Source: Rubripirellula sp.
GTDB lineage: Bacteria > Planctomycetota > Planctomycetia > Pirellulales > Pirellulaceae
Length of the DNA stretch: 64,000 bases
Reading direction: 5' to 3'
Assembly (NCBI GenBank): GCA_965216875.1
Contig: OZ244207.1
Span: forward strand, 2,048,001-2,112,000
In this document: piece after piece, positions 51,454 to 58,473 of the stretch
Numbering within the stretch: the stretch's first letter is position 1
Layout: the number at the start of each line of letters is the position of its first letter
Made by a program: the position numbers and the translations under genes
Notes under the pieces: generated by a model
What the model was told of the DNA's origin: nothing
What the model saw: the letters and a program-made list of their open reading frames with translations, nothing else
Databases searched by the model: none

Positions 51454-51849
51454 TTGATGAGCAACGACCCCGCGAATCCATACGCAGCGCCAACGGCTGC
51501 AATGGCACCGACCGATATCAGCTCACTCGATCCAGTTGCCCGGGCCAAAGCCGAGGCGATCATCAAGGATGCGAGTCAGTTTTGGCTCGCCATCCTCGTG
51601 ACACTCTTGTGCAGCTCGCTCGGTGGCCTGATCATCGGTCCCTGGTACTTGGTCCGACTTCTTCAATGGAACTCATTGAAGAAGAGTGAAGCGGAGCTTG
51701 CCCAAATCAATCCTCCGCCCGGATCGCTCGCGGCCCAGTTTCAGTCTGCCAAGGTGAAGCTGATCGTCGGGCTTTGCTTCGGAGCGATGATGTTGCTGCT
51801 GGGCATCATGGTCTTTTTGCTGATGTTTGTGGGTGCCGTCGTCGCATAA
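51454..51849 (+). CDS. Small membrane protein with N-terminal NPY motif
   Basis: NPYAAP motif common in planctomycete membrane proteins; 2-3 TM segments. Confidence 0.75.
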   Translation: MMSNDPANPYAAPTAAMAPTDISSLDPVARAKAEAIIKDASQFWLAILVTLLCSSLGGLIIGPWYLVRLLQWNSLKKSEAELAQINPPPGSLAAQFQSAKVKLIVGLCFGAMMLLLGIMVFLLMFVGAVVA

Positions 51850-51865
51850 CGACCGGCCCGTCCTT

Positions 51866-51945
51866 CGTAGCTACCTTCGCCAGAAGGTGGTTGTGCGTTG
51901 GATGACCGTCTTCCACTGCCCCACGCTCTGGCGAGCGTAGCTACG
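51866..51945. repeat. REP doublet (REPIN-like), same family as 16745/16993
   Basis: GTAGCTACCTTCGCCAGAAGGTGG...CCACGCTCTGGCGAGCGTAGCTAC between convergent genes. Confidence 0.9.
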
Positions 51946-51959
51946 GTAAGTCACGGGCC

Positions 51960-51999
51960 GTAGGCCGGATCAAGGAGCGTCAGCGACGCAGATCCGGCA
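51960..51999 (+). repeat. GTAG-type REP of a different family
   Basis: GTAGGCCGGATCAAGGAGCGTCAGCGACGCAGATCCGGCA, with GCCGGATC/GATCCGGC stem. Confidence 0.75.
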
Positions 52000-52018
52000 C
52001 AAACACCTATTTGTCGCA

Positions 52019-54019
52019 CTAGTTGCCTGGGAATCCACCGGGTGCACCGGGAACTTGGAAGTTTGGCAACGTTGGGCCGCCAGCACCGGGCACAGGGCCG
52101 GTTGCACCGGGCTTAGCGAACAGTTCTTCGCGGTCGATGCGGAGCTTCGAATAGGTCTCTTCCGAGATGACGTAGTACCAGTCTGCGAAACGTGCATTCA
52201 GCTCGGCGACACGACGACGGGCATCCGCCAGTTGATCGTTGCGCTCGTCGATCTTGCGTTGGTTCTCCTTCAAGATCTTCTCACGCTCGGCCTCAAGCAA
52301 CTCTTGCTTCTCTTCATCCGACATGCTCGCAAAGTCATTCTCTTCGGATGCTTCCTGGCCAGCCTCGTCAGCTTTCACGACTACCTCGGATTCCGGAGCG
52401 GGGGCTTCGTCGGTGGTTTCAGGCTCAGCCGATGTTTCGGTTTCATCTTCACCAGCGCCTTCGGCCTCTTTTTCTGTATCGTCGGCTGCGTCCTCAGCGG
52501 ACTCGTCTTGGCCACCGCCCGAACCTTCGGCTTCGCCGCTTCCGTCGGATTCAGACTCGCCAGAGGCTTCTTCCGATTCGGTTGTTTCTTGAGCTGGTTC
52601 ACCGCCATCCGCGTCGCCGGCTTCGTCAGTGCTCGCGTCGGTGTTCGCTTCTGCTTCTTCAGTCGTCTCTTCGGATGCTTCCCCCTGACTTTCCTTGGCA
52701 TCGTTAGGTGCTGGATCATCGGAGGTTGCCGCAGCTTCGGTATCCGATGTGGCCGATACTTCGCCGTTAACCTCGGGCTGTGGAGCCATCATTTTTTCGA
52801 GGTCTTCGATCGTCTCTGGTGGCACTTCCAGGGCGGGTGCGGGGAATTTCGATTCGTCAACTTGCGTCATCACCAACAGGTAGCGATTGACGCCGCCTTC
52901 GCTTTCTTCGGCGGATTCGGAGTCTGCTCCGTCCGAGACGCCGGCGATGTTGCCAAACCGAAGGACGTACTGAACGCCGTCCTTCAAGCCAACAGTCAAT
53001 TCACCATTCGCAGACAGTAGTTGGTATTCGGTTCCACGTTGGATGGGATAGAACCCGCGACGGCCAAGTGAACTGATCGCATCTTTGTCAGTCAATAAGT
53101 CTTTGTTGGCGCGAAGCGTCGCACTCATACCGTCGGGTTTGCGGTGCACGTCGGCGATTTTGAGATCGTCGAGCGCATTCTTGATTTCGTTAAGCTTGGT
53201 GGCGTCGAGCTTTTCGCTTGGAAGTGGATCGACTGGAATGGGCGTCAACGGATCGTTGGCCGCATATTCGGCAAGCGACTCGAGGCTCCATTCCGTACCA
53301 TCAAGTTTGACCTTCGCATCGTAGTTGCTGGTCAGACTGAATTGTCCGGTAGCCAGCGAAGCGTTGTGGTCGCGAATCTCCATATCCTCGATATCGATGC
53401 TGCTCAGTTTCAGCAGGTCATCTTCGATCCACTTGGTGAAGCTGGTCGTCAGGGGGGCGTCGTCAAAGTCAACGACGTAAACGAGGTCCTGGCCAGGCAC
53501 GCGAACGAAACGCTTGGCTGCATCGTCGCTTGGGCTGCTGCCGATGATCAGCGACGCGAGCGTCTTTTGTGAGTCGTCTTTGAAGGTGACCATTCGTCCG
53601 ACACCCTCGTCACCGATCTCGAGATCTTCGAGTTTCGGCTCGATCACGCCAAAACCTTCGTGGTCTTCGGCGTTGTCGGATCGAACATCAAGGATCTTCA
53701 AGCCAACAAACGCGTTGGCGGCTTCCTTCATCTGTTCAACGGCGTCAGCTGGATAGCTGGCGCGCGATGGAATCGTCCACAAGCCCGATTCACGGTCTTT
53801 GCGGACTTCAAACGTTTCCAACTCGCCACGTTCGTCATCAAACGTGACGATCTTCAAGCTTGCAGCGGCAAGTGGATCCGAAAAGGTCTCGAAGAGATCA
53901 CGGTTGATCAGCGTATCGTTGCTTTGCTCGGACGTTGACGGCCAAGCGACAAAGGCGGCAATGGCAAGCATCACGACAGCGACGCACCAGAAGACGCCTG
54001 TTTTGGTACCTTCGTTCAT
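52019..54019 (-). CDS. DUF4340 domain protein with long acidic low-complexity insertion
   Basis: N-terminal TM, WTIPS...YPAD, WIEDDLL, LNARFADWYYVIS; follows the GldFG-like gene. Confidence 0.88.
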   Translation of the reverse strand: MNEGTKTGVFWCVAVVMLAIAAFVAWPSTSEQSNDTLINRDLFETFSDPLAAASLKIVTFDDERGELETFEVRKDRESGLWTIPSRASYPADAVEQMKEAANAFVGLKILDVRSDNAEDHEGFGVIEPKLEDLEIGDEGVGRMVTFKDDSQKTLASLIIGSSPSDDAAKRFVRVPGQDLVYVVDFDDAPLTTSFTKWIEDDLLKLSSIDIEDMEIRDHNASLATGQFSLTSNYDAKVKLDGTEWSLESLAEYAANDPLTPIPVDPLPSEKLDATKLNEIKNALDDLKIADVHRKPDGMSATLRANKDLLTDKDAISSLGRRGFYPIQRGTEYQLLSANGELTVGLKDGVQYVLRFGNIAGVSDGADSESAEESEGGVNRYLLVMTQVDESKFPAPALEVPPETIEDLEKMMAPQPEVNGEVSATSDTEAAATSDDPAPNDAKESQGEASEETTEEAEANTDASTDEAGDADGGEPAQETTESEEASGESESDGSGEAEGSGGGQDESAEDAADDTEKEAEGAGEDETETSAEPETTDEAPAPESEVVVKADEAGQEASEENDFASMSDEEKQELLEAEREKILKENQRKIDERNDQLADARRRVAELNARFADWYYVISEETYSKLRIDREELFAKPGATGPVPGAGGPTLPNFQVPGAPGGFPGN

Positions 54020-54034
54020 TGGTATGTCCTTTCG

Positions 54035-56926
54035 TTATTTCAGGCGGCTCTTGCTGATGTTCTCGCGTTCTCGCAAGCGGCGCGAGGCGAACACGACAAC
54101 GCCAACAATCAGTGGCGGGATACATGGCAGCGCCACTGCGGCCGCCTTGACTTGATTTTGAATGCGCGTGACCTGCTGGGCTGCGACGCGTTCGATCTCT
54201 TGAATTTGCGAATCACGGTCCGTTTGCAACTTGGTTCGTTTCACGTCCAATTTGCGTTGCTCGCGTTCCTGTTCGACTTGGAAGCGTTGGATCAGGGCGG
54301 TGACCTTGGCTCGGTCAACCTTTCCGCTCTGGCCTTCCTTTTGAAGTTTCTCGATTTGCTCGCGAAGCGACTTCAGCTTTTCGTCCATGCCCTCTTGAGC
54401 TTCGCGAATCGCTTCGTCGTATTGCGTTTGGAATCGTTCACTTTCCGTGCGGACACTTCGACGGGCCTCTTCTTCAACCGTGTCGATCATTCGCAGGCTG
54501 GTGAAGGTTGGTTGGTGCTTGCGGACGTCGATAAACTCGGTCTCGCCAGTCAACCAATCGATGCAGTTCAAGATGAAGGTGACGTTCTGGAATTGGAATC
54601 GAGCTTCTTCGACTTGATTGGGGTCAGCTCGAATCATCAAGAATTCAGGGATCATCAGGTCGGTGTCGGCGACATAGACAGCGCGAATTGCTTTCTTGGT
54701 CGCTGCTTCCTCGGCCGTTTCGCCGTCTTCTGAGCCAGCATCCTTTTCCGAATCCACTTCGCCTTCGATCTGCATCGCAATCGTTTGATTCGGTTTGATG
54801 TTACCGAGCTCGCGTCGAAGCGCCATCGGATCGTTCATCAGGTTGCGAAGCTTATCGCTGCCGATCAAACCGCTTTCGCGAATCGTTGTCAGCAGCGGAG
54901 TGTGTTTGAAGGTCGCATCGTTCAGCGGCTCAACCGCTCCCGAAACGATCGCCAACACTTCCTTCATTCCGGAGGTGATGACACTTTCGTCGCTCAAGCA
55001 TTCGCCCGGTTGTGCGTTTGGAGCATCTGCATCGACAAAGATCCAAAGCTCGTTCGATTGTTGTTCGAGGTTCGGGTAAGGGTTGTGGGCCTGCCAGACC
55101 AAATCAGGCGTGTACATGCCTTGCAGACCTGCTTTGCCTGGGCAGTTGATTTGCAGTGTTTCCCAAAGAGCGCGAATGTCACCTTTGGGTTGAGGGCCAC
55201 CGCCGCCAAACATTCCGCCAGGTGATTGTTTGGGCATGCCGGTGGGCGTGATGTATCCGGTTCCGACGGGTGCCGGGTCTTCAAAGACGACGGTCGGAAC
55301 GCCTGCCTTAACCGCGTCGATGAAGCGTTGGAATTGCGGAGGTGCCAGGGACGAAGGCTGGACCGCGATCAAAGCTTCGTACATGTCGGGCGAAACGGGA
55401 GCACTCATGTCGACTTCTTCGACTTCGTACTGTTTGCTCAGTTCGTCGATCAGCGGGTGCCGAGGAACCGGCTGGAACGACATTCCCTGCATCACGTTCC
55501 CGCCAAACAGGCGTGCGTCGGTGGCGACGATGCCGATTCGTTTGCGAGAACCGGATGCGACCGTGTTGATGGAGCGAACGAGTTCGTACTCGACCGGAAT
55601 CCCATACTCGAAGACGGGGACAACGACTTTCTCGAGACCTGAACGGAATGCCGCTCCCAAGATCAGTTGTTTCTGTTGGGTGGCACCTTTCTCGCGGACC
55701 ATTCGGTTGACAGGTTCGATGCCGAACCGTTGTGCGGCCAAGTTCGCATCTTCGCTGAACAGCTCAATTCCGTCGTAAAGGTTGACCGTAATGTCGCGAC
55801 CTTTCTTCGACGCCTCGCTGCGGAACTCCTTCAAAAGGTTGATCAATTCGTAACGAGTACGTGCGTAGAGCTCGGGGACATCGGCGCTGATGAAGGCGTC
55901 GATCACGATCGGGCGGTCGCTATCGAGATTGCGAATCAGGTTCTTGGTCGCAGGAGCAAGCGAGCTGACTTTTCCTTCAGTTGCGTCGTAGCGAACGATG
56001 TCCATGTTTCGGAAGAGGACGACCGCGCCGGTGGTTGCAACGATGAGCGCCAGTGTTCTGGCGATGTAGTGCCAAGCCATCGTGTTGCCATCTTTGCCAC
56101 CGGTCCAGTGGCGACGTCCGATCAACACCATACAGATGTAAAGTGCGACGGTCGCGACAAGCACAAAGTAAAGGACCGACGAACTACTGATCACACCGCG
56201 ACCGAAGTCGTCAAAGGGACGTGCGATCCCGCTGTTACTAAGCCATTCGGCGAGCTTCCGCCAGGGGCTGACCGAATCGGCAAGCGCGGCAAAGGCAAGC
56301 GGGGCGTTGAAGAGCGAGCCCAGAATGAAGCCGACGGTGAGGTTGCCGGTCAGGAAGGACGCGATCATCCCGATCGCGATCATCGTCAACCCGACAAACC
56401 AGTAGCCAAGGTAGGTTGTGAAGATCAGTCCGACGTCGATGTCGCCTTCTGTCAGAATCGCAAGTGTTGCAAACGTGCTGATTTGCGAGAACAGCAGCGA
56501 AGCGGTGAAAATCGATGCAGCCGCCATGTACTTGCCGATCACGATGTCAAAGTCATCGGCCGGCAGGGTCAACAGAAGTTCGTCCGTTCCCTGTCGCTTT
56601 TCCTCCGCCCAGATACTCATCGTGATCGCTGGGATGAAGACCAGCATGATCAACGGGTACCAGTAGTTGAGCTGGTCGAGCGTCGCGAGGTTTTGGTTGA
56701 AAAACTCGTAAGGCCAGAAGGCGGCCAGCGACGTGAGGAAGACGAAGATACAGAGGAACACGTATCCCGTTGGATTGCCAAAGTAGCCGATGAAGTTTCT
56801 TTTCATCACGGCAAATGCGGCACGTTTGGTGCCGGCGAGCGTGACGACCAGTGCAAGCAGCACAAGCAAAAAGAAGAGGTCAAACAGCAACAGGCTCAGA
56901 ACTGCCGTGACGACGTTATTCAACAT
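54035..56926 (-). CDS. ABC transporter permease fused to GldG-like domain (GldF+GldG-like)
   Basis: YFGNPTGYVF, PAITMSIWAEEKRQGTDELLLTLP, DATEGKVSSL...T, EYELVRSI, NCIDWL, C-terminal coiled coil + TM. Confidence 0.92.
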   Translation of the reverse strand: MLNNVVTAVLSLLLFDLFFLLVLLALVVTLAGTKRAAFAVMKRNFIGYFGNPTGYVFLCIFVFLTSLAAFWPYEFFNQNLATLDQLNYWYPLIMLVFIPAITMSIWAEEKRQGTDELLLTLPADDFDIVIGKYMAAASIFTASLLFSQISTFATLAILTEGDIDVGLIFTTYLGYWFVGLTMIAIGMIASFLTGNLTVGFILGSLFNAPLAFAALADSVSPWRKLAEWLSNSGIARPFDDFGRGVISSSSVLYFVLVATVALYICMVLIGRRHWTGGKDGNTMAWHYIARTLALIVATTGAVVLFRNMDIVRYDATEGKVSSLAPATKNLIRNLDSDRPIVIDAFISADVPELYARTRYELINLLKEFRSEASKKGRDITVNLYDGIELFSEDANLAAQRFGIEPVNRMVREKGATQQKQLILGAAFRSGLEKVVVPVFEYGIPVEYELVRSINTVASGSRKRIGIVATDARLFGGNVMQGMSFQPVPRHPLIDELSKQYEVEEVDMSAPVSPDMYEALIAVQPSSLAPPQFQRFIDAVKAGVPTVVFEDPAPVGTGYITPTGMPKQSPGGMFGGGGPQPKGDIRALWETLQINCPGKAGLQGMYTPDLVWQAHNPYPNLEQQSNELWIFVDADAPNAQPGECLSDESVITSGMKEVLAIVSGAVEPLNDATFKHTPLLTTIRESGLIGSDKLRNLMNDPMALRRELGNIKPNQTIAMQIEGEVDSEKDAGSEDGETAEEAATKKAIRAVYVADTDLMIPEFLMIRADPNQVEEARFQFQNVTFILNCIDWLTGETEFIDVRKHQPTFTSLRMIDTVEEEARRSVRTESERFQTQYDEAIREAQEGMDEKLKSLREQIEKLQKEGQSGKVDRAKVTALIQRFQVEQEREQRKLDVKRTKLQTDRDSQIQEIERVAAQQVTRIQNQVKAAAVALPCIPPLIVGVVVFASRRLRERENISKSRLK

Positions 56927-57004
56927 GGTGGATTGAACGCTTTCGAATAGTCAGATGTCGGACAACAACCGAATGGAATCAACAGAGTTGAAGGTGCGAA
57001 GAAA

Positions 57005-57754
57005 TCAAACGGTTGCACCATGAGTCAGCTTGTGGAACGCCTTGTCGAGGTCACCATTGCCGTGCTCTCGAAGTTCATCAACCGTGCCGTCAAAGACCAA
57101 TCGTCCTTCGTTGATCATGACGACGCGGTCGGCCATCGCTTCCACTTCTTGCAGGATGTGCGTGCTGAGCAGGATCGTTTTCGTCTCGCTCAATCGACGC
57201 ATCGTTTTGCGAACGCCATGAATCTGGTTGGGATCCAAGCCGGCGGTCGGTTCGTCAAGGATCAGCACGTCGGGCTCGTGAAGCAGTGCTTGGCTCATGC
57301 CGACACGTTGCTTGAAACCCTTCGAGAGCTTGCTGATGGACTTGTGCAGCACCGACGAGAGGTCGCAGATGTCGATCACCGCATCGATGCGTTCCTGCTT
57401 CTTGCTGGCGTTCATTCCACGAGCGTCGGCAAAGAAGTCGAGCATCGACGACGGCGTCATCTCGGGATAGAGCGGGCCGTTTTCGGGAAGGTAGCCGAGG
57501 TGGCGACTGCCTTCCAACCGGTCCTCCATCATGTTGTGACCGGCGATCCGGGCCTGACCTTCGCTTGCGGCAATGTAGCCGGTCAGCATTTTCATGGTCG
57601 TGCTTTTGCCTGCACCGTTGGGACCCAGGAAAGCAACCAGCTCTCCCTCGCCCACCGTAAAGGTGACATCTCGTGCAGCTGCGAAGGGGCCATAAAACTT
57701 GCTCAGCCCAATCGCCTCGATCATCGGGCGCGGCGTTTCTTTCTCGGACGTCAT
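57005..57754 (-). CDS. ABC transporter ATP-binding protein (GldA-like)
   Basis: GPNGAGKST, LSKGFKQRVG, ILDEPT, STH. Confidence 0.96.
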   Translation of the reverse strand: MTSEKETPRPMIEAIGLSKFYGPFAAARDVTFTVGEGELVAFLGPNGAGKSTTMKMLTGYIAASEGQARIAGHNMMEDRLEGSRHLGYLPENGPLYPEMTPSSMLDFFADARGMNASKKQERIDAVIDICDLSSVLHKSISKLSKGFKQRVGMSQALLHEPDVLILDEPTAGLDPNQIHGVRKTMRRLSETKTILLSTHILQEVEAMADRVVMINEGRLVFDGTVDELREHGNGDLDKAFHKLTHGATV

Positions 57755-57960
57755 AGGCTCGTGGCGTCTGGTCCAGGGAAGGTGGGGTAGGGGGACGAAT
57801 GAGTGGCATCAATAGACACTCACTCGCAACGCGGCGAGATTTTCGCACGCTTGGTCTAGATTTCAAGCTACCGGTACGCCCTGAAACAAAGGGCGGTTCG
57901 CCGGTATCGAGAATTTTTTGAGAGTTTGGGCCCCGAGCATCAGAGGGCTCGGATTCAAGG

Positions 57961-57984
57961 GTAGTGGACGAGGCAACGAGTCCC
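57961..57984 (+). repeat. Solitary GTAG-type REP-like element
   Basis: GTAGTGGACGAGGCAACGAGTCCC, GTAG foot + GGAC/GTCC stem, intergenic. Confidence 0.45.
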
Positions 57985-58063
57985 GTTTCGTGACATTCCT
58001 GTAAGAGAACGACGAAGCAGTTGTGGCCCCACCCACCACGGGTGGCCCGATGAGTCGGTTTGC

Positions 58064-58240
58064 CTAGGCGAGCTTTTCGCGCTCGATGATGACATCGGCG
58101 CCGGGCGTCAGCTTGCGAAGCTTGCGTACCACTTCGCTCTTGTCCATCGTGCCTTTCTTAGCACGAGCAATCAGGATCGCGGTTTTGCGACGACGAGCGC
58201 GGAGACGACGGATTTCGCGGACGCGTTCAATACCAGCCAT
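58064..58240 (-). CDS. Small basic protein, DUF6800-like (58 aa)
   Basis: Below the ORF-track cutoff; manual translation MAGIERVREIRRLRARRRKTAILIARAKKGTMDKSEVVRKLRKLTPGADVIIEREKLA. Confidence 0.8.
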   Translation of the reverse strand: MAGIERVREIRRLRARRRKTAILIARAKKGTMDKSEVVRKLRKLTPGADVIIEREKLA

Positions 58241-58354
58241 GTTCGATTCAAACTTTCTGCAGTTGGGTTTGTTTGTTGATCAAGCGAAAAGCCTATCACA
58301 TTTGCCAGCGACTCGTGTAGGCCATGTTCCCATCGCGTTTTTTGCTCGCTCGCC

Positions 58355-58465
58355 GTTCGTAGTACCGGCTTTAGCCGGAATCTTCTGCCCCCCTGATCCG
58401 ATGGCGGGGTCCAAAAGCGGGAACCTTCACAGCACATCCACCTTCTGGCGAAGGTAGCTACGAAC
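58355..58465. repeat. Hybrid REP doublet downstream of topA
   Basis: GTTCGTAGTACCGGCTTTAGCCGGAATCTT (58355-58384) facing CCACCTTCTGGCGAAGGTAGCTACGAAC (58438-58465). Confidence 0.85.
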
Positions 58466-58473
58466 AGCACAGC

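Noticed and set aside
52055..53020. 321-aa Phe/Gly-rich + strand ORF
   Set aside because: Antisense reading of the acidic low-complexity DUF4340 region.
55667..56950. 427-aa + strand ORF
   Set aside because: Antisense shadow of the GldFG-like gene; no motifs.
54035..57754. Gliding motility function for the Gld-like ABC genes
   Set aside because: These families are widespread in non-gliding bacteria and no other gld/spr genes are present.
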